NCBI RefSeq assembly: GCF_036321535.1
Contig: NC_087449.1
Span: 38,812,001-38,876,000, forward strand
Direction: 5' to 3'
Source of the DNA: Camelus dromedarius
Taxonomy: Eukaryota
DNA length: 64,000 bases
Numbering within the stretch: position 1 is the first letter of the stretch; each line of letters starts with the position of its first letter. The position numbers were made by a program, and so were the translations under genes. Under the pieces are notes generated by a model, which saw only the letters and a list, made by a program, of their open reading frames with translations, did no database searches and was not told where the DNA came from. Below, one piece after another: positions 27,858 through 60,700 of this stretch.

Positions 27858-28365
27858 ATTGCTTAAAACTGGACTGGCATGCTCTGCAGTGGGATAAAGA
27901 TGAGGTTTAGGAGTCTGCCCTGGAAGCTGATTAAACTGAGATGTGAAAGCAGTCATACACTACCCAGCCTAGACTTCCAGCATTTGGAGCAAACACTTCT
28001 CTGCTTCCACCAAACACGGAGAAAGGACAATTTAAGGGGTGAAAATTGCAGGTCCATCTCCATGGTGGTGAGAGGGGCCTTGTGGAAGACAGCCCCACAG
28101 AGCTCTAGATTGGAGTTGTTGCTAAACTCGTTTCTCTAAGATTCTTCCTCAGCCTCCGCTAAAGAAATTGGTGAATGCCAAAACTGAATGTGAGGGCCAA
28201 AGGAAGACAAATGCCAGAACTTGGAAGGGAGGCATGAAAGAACAGAGGTAGAGGTCCAGAGGACACGCAGCCTCTGGCACTACTGACAGATCTACAGTGT
28301 GAAAGCACCTGGTGATGGCCATCCATTCTGAATGGACCTGAGGTGTTCTGCTGAGTTTACAGAGG

Positions 28366-28468
28366 GGTGGTAGGGCGTGTATTTAACATGCACAAGGTCC
28401 TGGGTTCAATCCCAAGTACCTTCATTAAAATAAATAAACCTAATTACCTCTCCCAAGGGGAAAAAAGA
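28366..28468 (+). mobile_element. tRNA-Ala-derived SINE, 5' truncated
   Basis: GGTGGTAGGGCGTGTATTTAACATGCACAAGGTCCTGGGTTCAATCCCAAGTACCTTCA...AAACCTAATTACCTC. Confidence 0.75.
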
Positions 28469-30341
28469 TTACAGGGAAGGTAGCCTTGCTCCAGGGTAAG
28501 AATGGTCATTTGTGAGAGCAGTAGTGACAGTGGATGGATTCAAGGATCTTTAAAGAACCCCACTGGTCCTATGGATTGAGTAGGGGTGAAGTTATGGAGG
28601 AAAGGAATAAAGATCAACACCTTGCAGAGCTCAAATTAGAAAATAAAGGCAGTGTTACTTGGCAAGCTCAACACACAGCTCTCAGCAAACATTACCTAAT
28701 GTTCAGGTGGTACAGGAACATCACTGGGTAGAAACGTGGAGGCTAGGTCTCCCCAGAGCCAATTACAAGGTTTCAGAGGGTTGGGCTAATATGTCTGTCC
28801 TTAAGGTTTTGTACTAGAAAAGGAGGTTTATCTCATTTACCTTTCCCAATTGCTTATTCAGTCTACAATTTAGCCAAGCTAAACAAATTGGATTTTGTAC
28901 TTCTTTAGCTCTTAAGACTTGTACGACACTAAACTGGTTAAAATTTTTGAGAACTCATTTAGCACATGAATGCCTGGTATATTACCATATTCTTTTCCCA
29001 GATGCAGGAGGAAACAAGTATCTGTTTCCTTGGAGATATATTCTAAAAGGAGGCAAAAAAGCAAATAAAATGAGCAAAATTTATGCCAGATTAAGGGATA
29101 AGGAGAAAAAACGGGCAAATGTTATGGCATGGAGGGGAATGCAATTTAAAATTCTGTGATCAGATGAAAAAAATACTGACTAGGGAAGAACACACTAGGC
29201 TTGGCAGCAAAGACCTTAGTAAGCCATGTGTTTATGTGTATGTGTATGTATATATGAAGGAAAGTGTTCCCAACAAAGGGAGTAACAAGTATACATGTTG
29301 GTAAGGCCAAGATGGTAGTCACTATAGAAGGGACCAGGTCCCATTGAGAGTCACAGCATCTGGTAAAAATTTTGGGATGGGATGATGTCAAAAAATCTGA
29401 CCTTTTAAAATGATCACTTATAACTTTGTGTTAGGGTCAACAGAAGCAGCAGGGAGAGGAAATAGGCAAAAAAGTGACCAGAACAGTAGAGATGGTAGTA
29501 AAAGTCAAACTCAGATTTGGTGATGTTAGATGTGGGAGTTAAAAGAATCAAGATGACCCAAGAGCAAGCTGATTTAAGCAGTGGTAAGACAGCTATTTGC
29601 TGCCATCAAATAGAAACTATCTGAAAAAAAAAAAAAAGCTGAAAAACGTGCTATTTTGAACACATTGACCTTTGAGAGTCCAATTATGATATTTAAATGC
29701 AGGTGTCAAGTAGGTCTGGGCTAGTCAGAAAGATGGAGCATAAACCACATCTAAATGCTGATAGCCAAATTGAAGACAGCTGATCCTTAAGAGATTAAGC
29801 AACAAAACAGTGGTAATCTTACATTTTAGTGAGAGGGTTAGGGATTAGGGCTCAAGAAAAAATTAACTTCAGAAAGCCATTCAAAAGCAGACAAGGTACA
29901 GGTATATATGTTTAACTTGCTCTCAGCAATGAAGAAATTTGGAACACAATTTCAATGTTTCTTTCTAGGCCATCCATGAACCCATGTTGAAAACATTACT
30001 AAACCTTAAAACCAAGGTCTACAGAGGAAACATGTACAAGAACCCCAAGAGAGCTTTACAGAGGAAGCATGGCTTCTGGTTCCAATCATGGTCTAGTCAA
30101 CACCCAATACAGTTGGGGTTACCTGTGCTGGGGACACCTCCCTCATATACCCTCTGCTCAGCCCTCATACTACATCTGTTGCCAATGAAACCCAGCCTTT
30201 GGGGAGAGAAATGTTTCTCCTGCTACCGAAATAGTCCCCACCTAATAGGCCTGACCTTCAGTGAGAGGGAACTGGGCACTCTAGTGTGCCAGGCAATCAA
30301 ATATTCCCAAGAACACAAACACAGGACACAGAATAAACACC

Positions 30342-30347
30342 TTTATT
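30342..30347 (-). terminator. RPS8 poly(A) signal
   Basis: AATAAA on minus, 19 nt after the stop codon. Confidence 0.85.
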
Positions 30348-30366
30348 ACAGGGGCTAAGGGAGGAT

Positions 30367-32977
<2,611 letters not shown>

Positions 32978-32992
32978 TGCTCGGCGCTGGCT

Positions 32993-33110
32993 AGAAAGAG
33001 AAAACGCGGCGCGTCACGGCCCGGTTTGTAAAACGCAGCCCCGCCCCTTTACGTATCTTCCGGGCGCCGCAGAGAGCATCCTGAGGTTGGAGGGCAGCGT
33101 TGCTGACGTT
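32993..33110 (-). promoter_or_regulatory. RPS8 5' TOP/TCT start and CpG-island promoter
   Basis: Minus strand TTTTCTCTTTCTAGCCAGCGCCGAGCAATGG; TOP start near 33000. Upstream ETS-like CTTCCGG (~33058-33064), TTACGTA and TGACGT motifs. Confidence 0.75.
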
Positions 33111-33674
33111 TTTACGCGGCGCCGAAGCCTCGGGTCTGGTAGGTTTCTGAGCGCGCTGAAGCCCTGGGGCGAGGGGCCGGGCAGGGTCTAGCGGAGTCAG
33201 GCCCTGCGCTGGCCTCCCGGAGAAGTGCGGGCTCTAGAGCACCATGTGGGCGGGGACGGGTGGGTGTCCAGCTTTGTTCACGTTCTGAAAAGACCTGTTT
33301 TAGATGCTGCTGCAGTAGCCCAGGATGAGAGTTGTGTGTGCGAGTGCGTTGGAGAAGGGTGGAAGGCAGTAGAGGTGGAAACGTGTGGTAGACTTGGGGT
33401 TTGTTTTCGGGAGAGGGAGGTGTGTGAAGTATTCCAAATTCCTCTCGGGATCCGGGATCCGTGATCCGTTGGATGCCTATCTGCACCATTTAGTGAGATG
33501 GGGTAGGCTAAGGTGGGAGCTGCTCTGGACGTGTTCATTTTGAGTTCTTGGTGACTTGCACGTGGGGATGACAGCTGGATGCTTATCCTGAGAATGGATC
33601 TGGGCGGCCGTTGTGACTTTGGGAATCGTTGTCATATAAATGGTAATCGAAGCTACCAGAATGAACAGAACCTA

Positions 33675-33950
33675 GGGACCATTTTCTTGTAAAGGGTAAG
33701 TTAATACTTTAGCATTTGTGGGCTGTAGGGTTTGTGCCACAACCACTCAGTTTTGCTGCTGTAGTGTGAACACAGCCATAGACAATAGTAAACAATTGAC
33801 TGAGGCTGTGTGTCAGTAAAACTTTATGGATACTGGGATTCATCTGTCATGAAACATGAATTTGATTTTTTTTTTCAAATATTTAAAACATGAAAACCAT
33901 TCTTTAGTTCACAGGCCCCATAAGCATGCAGTAGTGTGCCAAACCCTGGC
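33675..33950. mobile_element. MER58-like hAT DNA transposon remnant
   Basis: TTTTCTTGTAAAGGG...GCTGCTGTAGTGTGAACACAGCCATAGACAATAGTAAACAATTGACTGAGGCTGTGTGTCAGTAAAACTTTAT. Confidence 0.65.
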
Positions 33951-35541
33951 ACAAAGAAATACAAGAGGGCCTAGGACCAAGGTTTGAGCAATGGTAAGAT
34001 AAAGAGCCAGAGGGAGCAATTAGTGGCTGAAGGAAGGCCAGCACAGGGTGATGGCATAATTTAATGCTCACTATGACAAAAGTCTAATTAAAAGGAGGAC
34101 TGAAAAGTGGTTATTGGATTATTGAGTGGCATTGGTAACAGCAATTTCTGTGCAGTGGAATGGGCAAAAACTGGGTTAGTTTTTTCAAAAATTTTAAACG
34201 GGAAGGGAAGTTAAAAAGATAAGATACTGTATGTGTAGATAATCTTTGAGAAGTCTGACTTTAGAGAGGAGTTAGCCTGGTGGCTGGTGAGAAACTCAAA
34301 GCAGGGGGCAGTTTTTTAAAGAAGTGAACTAACTGCCTCACGGATAGACCCTTTTCCCCTTGGCTCCAGATCCTTTCTGATCCCTGGGAAAGGATTCTCC
34401 CAACATCATCCTTTCTGCTGTGCCTTCAATGCTCCATTGGCTTCCCAGCATATTCAGAGTAAAATCTTAAATTCCTTTTGGCAGAAAAACAAACAAAAAT
34501 CACTTCATGTCCACATGGCTTCACTAGTGAATTCTTAAAAACATTTAAGACTATTATATCAATTTTACACAAACTTTTTTGAAGAATAAGGTGGGAATGT
34601 CTCCTGTCTCATGAATCCAGTGTAACATTGGAGATGTTTGTGATTGTTAAATAGCCTACAGATTACGGAATTAAAATGTTTTTAAATGTTTATAAAGAAG
34701 CCCATTTGATACATCCTAAAACAAATGCAACAAGTTGCTTTAAAATACATGTATGAATTCCTTATGGCCTAGAAGACCCAGGAATGTCAGACCTCTGCTT
34801 ATCTCTTTGATTTATCAATTTGACCTCTTAACTCCTACCTATCCCACTCACTCAACTCCAGGCACTCAGACCCTCCTGTTCCTGCCTCAGGCTTCCATGC
34901 TCTGAGAGAAAATACTCTTCTCCTAGGTCTTAGCATGGCTTCCTCCCTCGCTTCAAGTCTCTGCTTAAAATCTCACATTCACACACTGTTCTCCCCCATC
35001 ACACACACGCTGGGAGGCCTTTTCTGAGACTGCTTTCTAAAGTAGCAACTCTCCTCTTTATCCACTCAATGCTAACATTGTTTTTATATGCTCATTATTT
35101 GTCTTCCCCACTAAAATATAATAAGCATGAGAGTAGGAACTGTGTTGTTCACTACTGTATTTCCAACACCAAGCATAATGCCTGGCATTTAAGAAACAAT
35201 AAATATTTGAATGGTACTCAAATCTTCCCTGTCTAGCAAGGAAGTGCTTTCTTGTCAGTGTTCCCACAGAATCTTTCAACATGCCTTGAGCAGACTGTAG
35301 TTGACAGAGTAGCATCTCCTTCCTGCTTCTAGCTCCTGTGCCCAGGAGAAGGCCTGGGACCTTGTCAGCACTGAACAAGGCAGAGGTCTTCACTATGTCA
35401 CTGAAACTGTAGGTGTGGATTTGCCCTCCTGTGCAGAGCAGAGAAACACTACTCCAAGGTGCAGTTGTGTCCTAAGTCCCAGAAGGCTCAGACACATCCC
35501 AGGCTCTTCCCACACACCACTCAACAGGCTGAATTTTTCTC

Positions 35542-35547
35542 TTTATT
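35542..35547 (-). terminator. KIF2C distal poly(A) signal
   Basis: AATAAA on minus about 545 nt after the stop codon. Confidence 0.75.
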
Positions 35548-36091
35548 ATTAGACACAATGTATAAATACAGAAAACAGCAGGGATCCTCTTGTGCCTCAA
35601 ATAACATTAAGAAAGAGGTCCCAGAAACATTTTTTAAAGTACAAGACATATTGGTGCCCCACCAAGGGTGTGGAAAGCCGGCCAGGGCCAGCAGAGCTGA
35701 ACTAAAGGCTCCTTCCCTCTCCCCAGAGCCAGGACAACCCCAGGGAGCCCTCCACCAGCAGCCAGTCCACACAGGCAGAGTGCTGCCCGAGGGAAAACTC
35801 TACACCAGAGAGCCTTCCCCTCCTGGAGAGAAGGGCAGCGCACAGGAGAACTAAAAGCTCCCTCCTTCCATCTTTGCTCCCTTCAGGGCTATAACTGAGG
35901 AAAAGGAAAGTAGTGTCCCATGCCCTCTGACCCCTCCCCAGCTTCCGCAGGCCCAGATGCCTCCCTCCCCGTCATTTACCAAAGCCTGTCCAAGCTCAGA
36001 CAAGACCCACTAGGTGCCCAGAATTGGCTGAAGAGGGAAGGGGAGGGGGAAAGGCTGGGTGTGACACCAAACAGATCTTTATTTGTAGTCG

Positions 36092-52930
<16,839 letters not shown>

Positions 52931-53026
52931 GGGCAGGCAAGAGCGCCGGGAAGAGAAACGCAAAACACCAAGAAACCACAACTTTGCTAACCCTAGGAAG
53001 TCTTAACGCCGCGTAAACCGCCGCAG

Positions 53027-53127
53027 TTTAAATCCCGCGCGCCAGCGTCCCTGAACGTCATCACGCGGTCGCCGGTCTCGCTTCCGCCAATCAGCGGAGC
53101 CCTGCGTGGCCTTTTGGGATACGTAGT
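53027..53127 (-). promoter_or_regulatory. KIF2C cell-cycle promoter: CDE/CHR, CCAAT, ZNF143
   Basis: Minus strand GGCGCGCGGGATTTAAA (CHR TTTAAA 53027-53032); CCAAT 53087-53091; ACGTCA 53055-53060; ACTACGTATCCCAAAAGGC (53109-53127). Typical of DREAM/MMB G2/M genes. Confidence 0.7.
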
Positions 53128-55089
53128 CTCCTGTGGGTCTTCCGGCGCCTGGGACCTCCCACTCGTCTGGCCACACCCCCGAGCGCAGTGCCTGTTGGGA
53201 GTTTCGAGGACTTGGGATGTCAGGTTCCAGGCATCCAGTGGGAAGATTCCAGTACTGCTGGGGTTCCCTGAAATAAGAAGCTTAAGGATTGTGTCTGAGA
53301 GTGAGGGGTCTGGTCCTACAGTCCTAGGTTTCAGTCCCAGCTTCTTCAGTTGCCTATTCAGCGACCTCTGAGAAGTTAGAAACCTGACTCGGTTTGCTTC
53401 TTTGCATAATGAGAAGCGTGTTTCCTCTCTCGCGGAATTATTGCTAAATTTAAATGAGGGACTTTGTTTACAGTGCATGGAAGATCAGATTCATTAGATT
53501 TTTATTGAGTGTCTATCACGTGCTAGGCATAGTACTGGATGCCAGAGATAGTGAACAAGACACGTAGTTGTTGCTCTCGACCTAACGTTTCTAATGTGAA
53601 CAGGCGACAAAAAGAAGTAAACGACAAGCAAATTACAAACTGTGGTAAATGCTCTGAGGGAAACTAAGAACTGGAATAGACAATAATGGAGGAACCTATT
53701 TTGGATAAAGTGGCCAGGGGAGAAATCTTTGAAGTGATACTTAACCTGAGTCTAGAGAACAAGGAGGAATGTCAAAATGAAGGGCAGGGAGGTGGAGAGA
53801 CTTCCAGACTAAGATCTAAGACTGGTATGTGCAAAGGCCCTGGGGTAGGAAAGAACTTGGTCTTGAAGAACTGAAAGAAGCCAGTGTGGCTGGAAGGCAG
53901 AAGGTGAGAGACAGGAATGAGACCATTTAGCATCTTTTAGCCCATAGTAATAATTTTGGCTTTTATTCTAATGAGAAATCATTGAAGAACTTTAAGCAGA
54001 AGAGTCATAAGATCTGAATTAGGTTTGGTTTTATGTTTATCGGGCTTGCTGCTGTGTGGAGGACTGATTTGAAGGGGGCAAGACTGAAGAAGTGAGGTGA
54101 CCATTTAGTAGGTAAGAGGTTTTGCCGGCCTAGGATGGGGCCATTGGAAATGTGGCTAAGAGAATGGATTAAGGTGTACCTTGTTTCAGAGGTGGAAAGA
54201 TGAAGTGAATGGTTCTTGCTGATGGGTTTATGAAAGGATTTCAGTCTAAAATGAAACAGGAGGGTATGAAATGAAGAATCTCACATGCACCCCCTCCAAA
54301 GAATGGATCTTAAGAACTTAAAGACTGATTTCCCGTAATTGCCTAATTTACAGAAAACTGAGACTTACGACCTGTGAATATCCACCAAGAATTACTCCCC
54401 ATCCTCAAGCCTATGAAAGTACTACTTTTGGACTCTGTCCAGACTTCCCCCTCTTTGTGCTCCTTGCCCATAAATACAACTCACCAAAACCCTCAGTGGA
54501 CTTACCTGTACCTTGCTACAGCAGATCTTTTTCAAATTGCAACTCAATTTCTGGTAATTTGAGTTTACCTTGGTTTACCTCTATTTTGGTTGACAGGTTT
54601 GATGTGGGGGTTAAGGAGAAAGGGTAACATGGATGACTCCTGGTTTCTGGCTAGAGCAACTGGGTGGGTGGTGGACCATTTCCTGAAATAGGGGAGTGGG
54701 GTTATGAAGGAAACAGATTGGAAAGGTTAGGTCAAAAGTTTCACTTTGGCCATGTTGAGTCTGAGATATCTACAAGACTTCAAGTGAGCAGTTGGATATG
54801 CAAGTTAGGAGCTCAGAGAGAGAGATCCAGGCCAGAGATAGGGATTTGGCAGTCTTTTAAGTAGGTGTATTCAGAGTCCTGGAACTAAATTTGATCTCCT
54901 AGGGAGAGAGTCTAGATGGAGATGAGAAGAACCATAACTGAGCCAAAGGGCATGCCAGCATTTTGAGATAAGGCAGAGGAGGGGGAGCAAAGGAGATTAG
55001 AGTGGTCTGAAAGGATGAGGAAAACCAGAGAGTGGAAGCAGAGGAAGGAGTGAAGGAGGAAGTAACTCTGGAGAGCTGCAGAGAGGACA

Positions 55090-55340
55090 GGCAAGATGAC
55101 TAGAAGCCTAAACCTGTTTTGTCCTCATTTCTCTACAGATGTATCATTCTTTGTTGAAGATGCTGCATAAGCCTAAGTTTTAGCCTTTGAGTTACTCATC
55201 CCTGAGCTTCTCCCATCTATATAGAAGATACACATGGTAATGAACTTCTTTTTTTCTCTTGTTAATCTGTCTTTTGTTACAGATTCCCAGCCGAGAACCT
55301 AGAAAGGTAGAAGAAATAAAGGTTTTTCCTCCCCTCCGAT
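55090..55340 (+). mobile_element. ERV1-class LTR 3' portion, MER34-like
   Basis: TTCTCTTGTTAATCTGTCTTTTGTTACAGATTCCCAGCCGAGAACCTAGAAAGGTAGAAG matches the reverse complement of 4104-4200. Confidence 0.55.
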
Positions 55341-56024
55341 AACACACACAGACACATGCAAATATAAGTTAAAAAGAAAAGATGGCACAATGTTGAGATA
55401 TATTGAACCGGGGTCTACATACTGGGAGGTTGTTGTACTAGTCCTTCAACCTTATGGTATGTTTGAAATTTTTCATCATAAAGTTGGGGAAATTACTAAA
55501 TGAATCAGATAAGACAGTGAACTAATCTAGACTGATAGTGGTAGCTCCTTCCTCCAGACCCTAGAGATGCCTCAGAAATGAGATTTGCCAAAACTCACTG
55601 TAACCTAAATTCAGTCCAACCACTAGACTTAGGTTTTCTTCATTATTTTTTTCTGAACTACTTGCAAGTTGTGTTAAAAAAAAATTAACTGAGTAAATGT
55701 GAAGATCTAATTGGTTTTATTAGGTGATTCATGAATGGGGCACCATCCCATCTAGCAACTAGAAAGGCGCTTGCTCTAAGGGCTTGTACAATATAATATC
55801 TCTTGTAGGAAGGAGGTGGGGCAAGGGAGCCATCAGCCAAAGAGAAGAAAGGATTATTTTTAGGCCAGGACATCTTTTTTTTTGGGGGGGGGGAGGGACC
55901 AGGAAAGATTTATTACACAGATTGCCTCTTTTTCCTCTGGGGAATGATGAGGGCCCACATGGCATATTACCTCATTGGTGCTGACCAGAAAATTCCAGAT
56001 TGATTGATTAAGATTACATTTCTT

Positions 56025-56474
56025 CTTTTTTTTTAATTGAAGTACAGTCAGTTACAATGTGTCAGTTTCTGGTATACAGCACAATGTCCCAGTCATGCAT
56101 ATACATACATATATTCATTTTCATATTCTTTTTCATTAAAGGTTATTGTAAGATATTGAACATAGTTCCCTGTGCTATACAGAAGAAACTTTTTTAAAAT
56201 CTATTTTTATATATAGTGGCTAACATTGGTAAATCTCAAACTCCCAAATTTATCCCTTCCCACCCCCTTTCCCTGATAACCATAAGATTATTTACTATGT
56301 CAGTGAGTTTGTTTCTGTTTTGTAGATGAGTTCATAGTGTCCTTTTTCCCCTCTTTTTTTAGATTTCACATATGAGTGATATCATATGGTATTTTTGTTT
56401 CTCTTTGTGGCATACTTCACTTAGAATGATGATCTCTAGGTCTGTCCATGTTGCTGCAAATGGCATTATTTTTT
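56025..56474 (-). mobile_element. LINE-1 3' fragment
   Basis: TTTTAATTGAAGTACAGTCAGTTACAATG...GATATCATATGGTATTT...CCATGTTGCTGCAAATGGCATTATT; runs into the gap. Confidence 0.82.
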
Positions 56475-56604
56475 NNNNNNNNNNNNNNNNNNNNNNNNNN
56501 NNNNNNNNNNNNNNNNNNNNNNNNNNNNNNNNNNNNNNNNNNNNNNNNNNNNNNNNNNNNNNNNNNNNNNNNNNNNNNNNNNNNNNNNNNNNNNNNNNNN
56601 NNNN
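56475..56604. other. Assembly gap (130 N)
   Basis: Run of N. Confidence 1.
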
Positions 56605-57579
56605 TGGTGAAGGTGGAAACTGCAGTAGGCTAGGTATTAAATCTAGGATTGGTATCATGGGCTTTAACAAGTGATTCCATTTTGGGCCTGTGGTTTTTCT
56701 CTTTAACAGTTGCAAACATCTTGACTGTTTAGCTCAAAGTATTTCAGCATTAATCTTCCAAGAATAAGAACATTCTCCCACATAATTACAGTATTATGAT
56801 AATACCTAAGTAAATTAGAAATAAATCCCTAAAACCTTTCATATCTAGAAATGAGATTTGTTTTAAAATAATCCAGTAATCCAATGGGCCAGTGGTGAGG
56901 GTGAAATGGGAAATAACCATGGCCATGAATTGATGATAGTGGGTTCAGGGTGATGGGAAACGGTGTCCTTGCATTCAACTTTTGTTTGCTTGAAATTTTC
57001 TGTTTAACAACAACAAATAAGAAGTGAAGTGAGACTGAGGATTTGAGAAACTAAAGTAAAAACAGAGAAATCTGTGAGGAGATAGAAGGTAGTTGGGGTC
57101 AGTTGTGGGGAGACTTTGACTACAGCCAGAGTGGAAGAGGGTCTGTTGCCTTGAGATAGAATGAGGCTAGATATTTCAGTTGTGCTCACCAGTGTCTCTG
57201 CCCTCCTCACTCCCACTCTCCAGGGCCCTGGGTGGATCATTACCTATCCCATTGCCTCACAAGGCTGTAAACCATCCCAGCACTCCAGCCTGAGTAGGTA
57301 GGGCTAGACCAATGGACCTTAAACATTACTTCCCCACCTCCTTCTTCATATGCCAGAGTCTGGGCTTCAGCATTCCCCTAAATTCACTGACACCCTTAAA
57401 GTAATAGGAACTCAAAAGGGAACATATTTGCAATAAAAGAAAAACAACAAGCTGAGAAACTAATATTATATGAAGCTGACTTAGCAGACCTGGTCAAGTT
57501 TAAAATAAGTATAATAAATATCCTCAAAAGATAAGGGAGGATATTGTTAACCTAAAGTAGGAACAAATAAGAAGAATCA

Positions 57580-57842
57580 GTTGGAGGAGGGGAAGGATAA
57601 ATTAGGGATTTGGAATTAACAGATATACACTACTATATATAAAACAGATAAACAAGGACTTTCTGTATAGCACAGGGAACTACATTCAATAATTTGTAAT
57701 AACCTATAATGGAAAAGAATCTGAAAAAGAATATTTATATGTGTATGTGTGTGTGTGTGTGAATCACTTTGCTGTACTCTTGAAACATTGTAAATCAACT
57801 ATACTTCAACAGAAAAATTTTTTTAAAAAATTAAAAAAGAAT
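57580..57842 (+). mobile_element. LINE-1 3' end
   Basis: GGAATTAACAGATATACACTACTATATATAAAACAGATAAACAAGGAC...GTAAATCAACTATACTTCAA. Confidence 0.8.
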
Positions 57843-58699
57843 AAGTTGGAAATACTGGCTATGAACAATTTAACAGTTGAAATCCATACATGGATTCAAT
57901 AGCAGAATGGTTACAGCCAAAATGAAACAGTGAGCAATAAGACCAGAGCGAGCAGTCATCTAAGAGGCATCAGGAAGGGATAAAGAAAACAAGGAAGACT
58001 GAAAACAAATGAGCTAGTTTGTGACACACACTGTTGGTGGCTAATCCTACAACAATTCCCAGCCCCCTTTTTCCTTACTCATCTCCACATTGGAGGCTGA
58101 AAAACCTAAGCACTTGCTTTTCAAGATCCCCAAGCAATTGGAGCTGGCCATGTGACACAGTTCTGGCCAACGAGATATAAACAGGACTGTTCTGGGGGGA
58201 TTCTGGGAGGATGTGTTGTTTTCTAATAGAAGGGAAATTGCATGAAGATCCTTTGCTTATAATATCTCCTTATTTTTTTCTTCCTTTGGACATGGATGTT
58301 TTCTCTGGAGCTATGACAGCTGTCTTGTGATCATGAGGTAGGTTGATAGACATCAGATCAATAAACTCCAACACACTCAGGACAGCCAGTAGGAAGGTAG
58401 GAAGAGCCCAAGTAGGTTCTTGGTGGCTTAACAGTTGAACTAATGCCAGCAAACACCTACATTCAGGCTCCTCGTTGTGGAAATACAAAACAAAACAAAG
58501 CAAAACAAAAACCCACTTGTTTATTCAAGCCACCTTTATTCATGTTTTCTTTAACTAGCAACTGAAAACATTCATAACTAAAATATTCCTAACTGATGCT
58601 TTGCCCTGTTCAATAATTTGGAAAAAGCTACAGAGTTGAGATTCAAAGAAATAAGAGAAAGGGGGTAAGGGAGTAATCAGTGAAAAAGGGATTTTAAAA

Positions 58700-60700
58700 A
58701 GAATTTTTAAAAGTTAGTTGTTTAAAAATCTTAATAAGCTAGACAAACCTGGTGAGAGTGATTTTTTAAATATGCAAATGAAAAAGATACAGAATGAAAA
58801 GGGGAAGTAGGAAATAAATACAGACAAAACATGGGTAAAAAATGTGTTCAAAATTTAATGGACAACTTTACATCAACAAGTTTAAAAGCTTAGATAAAAT
58901 AGATAAAGTCTAAAAAGGTAAAATATCCAAACTGGCACAAGGAAAAAAAAAAAACTTGAATAGACCAATAGGCAATAAAGAAATTGAAATTATAAGAAAT
59001 CTTCCATCTCCAAAGCTCCAAGCTGAAGTGGTTATTGGTAAGTTTTGCAAAGCTTTCCAGAAGTAATTAACTCCTATCTTATACCAGTAGTTTCAGCCAT
59101 TTGGGAGAACATAAAATTAGATGTATAGGTGACACCATATACCAGAATAAACTTCAAACCGACCAGGGATCTCAAATGTAAGAAAATGAAACTACAGGAA
59201 GTAGTAGTAGGAAACATGAGTGAGTTTTTCCTAATAATACGCATTGAAGAAAACCTTTTGAACTATGACTCAAAATCCAGAAGAAATAGAAGATTTATGA
59301 TTTTGACTCCATTAAAAAAAACTTTTTGCTTGGCAAGATGAAAAACTGGGAGAAAATATTAGCAACTTACATGGCAGATAAAGAGCTCTTTAAAACTGAA
59401 GGAAACTTTTTCTTTCTCTGATGCATGGTTGAAAGGTGGCAATGCACGTTTCCAGAGGAAATTGAGGGGGTCGGGAAAGAGCAAAAACCCAGCAGAAAAG
59501 TGGACAAAAGATGTAAACAGAAAAATGCACACACAAAGGATACAAAAATGGCCCTTAAACATATGAAAAAATACTCTACTTACAAAATAAAAAAGAGAAA
59601 CGCAAGTTACAACTACACTGAAACACTATTTTTCAACATTTTTTGCTCAGGGGGCAGTAATTACCTCCTACCTAGGTTTATTTACTTACTCATTCATTTT
59701 AAGGGAGGCACTGGGGATTGAACCCAGGACCTCATGCATGCTAAGCACGTGCTCCACCACTGAGCTATATCCTCCCTGCTGTTTTTCACCATTTAGATGG
59801 GTAGAAATTTTAAAACTTGACAAAATCCTGTTGGCAAAGCTGTGGAGGACACCCTCATAGGTCACACATGTTGTGTAAAACCTGTGGAATTTGGCAATAT
59901 TTAACAAAACTGCATATGAATTTACTCTTTGACCCAATAATCCACCCAAAGTACATACTCACAAATATGAAAAAAAAAATGCCCAAAACTACTAGTGCAG
60001 TATTATCTGTTATAGCAAAGTTCTGTAAACAACTTAAATTCCCACCTATAGGGACTGACTAGATCAATACAATGGAGAACTATGCAGCCACAAAAGAATG
60101 AGGAAGATCTCTATAAACTGATATTGTGCTATTTCCAGAATATATTGTTAAGTGAAATAAGTAAAGTGTATGTTACTTTTGTTGAGGGAAATAAAATATA
60201 TGCTGCTGCTGCTGATTTTTTTTGGCAAAAAGAAACACAGAAAGATTAAACCAGAAACTAATGAGCACAGGGTCGGGTCAGGGGATGGGGTGCAGAGGAA
60301 AAGGACAAAAGTAAGACTTCTCTGAGTTTATGTATTTTTATAGTTTTGATTTTTGAATCTCATAAATCTTTTACATGATTTAAAAGGTAAAACCAAATAA
60401 AAATATATCATGGCTAAAATAGGGCTTCACTCAGGAATGTAAAAATGATTAACACACAAAAATCTAGCAATTATAATTCACCATATTGGTGGGCTAAAGG
60501 GAAAAAATAATATGATTATCTCAATAGAATCAGAAAAGCACTTGATAGAAAGTTCAGCCCCTGTTTTTGATAAAAACTCAGGAAACTGGTGATAGAAGAG
60601 AACTTCCTTAGCATAATACAGGCTACATGCCAAAAACTTACAGCAAACATCGTACTTAAAGACACATACTCTTTAAGATCAGAGAAAAGGATTGCCACTG
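58700..60700 (+). mobile_element. Old fragmented LINE-1 (ORF2/3' UTR remnants) interrupted by a SINE
   Basis: A-rich L1-like text, e.g. ACTTGAATAGACCAATA, GATTATCTCAATAGAATCAGAAAAGCACTTGAT, GGAATAGAAGAG-like GTGATAGAAGAGAACTTCCTTAGCATAATA. Confidence 0.55.
59650..59776 (-). mobile_element. tRNA-Ala-derived SINE
   Basis: Plus strand GGGGATTGAACCCAGGACCTCATGCATGCTAAGCACGTGCTCCACCACTGAGCTATATCCTCCC. Confidence 0.85.
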
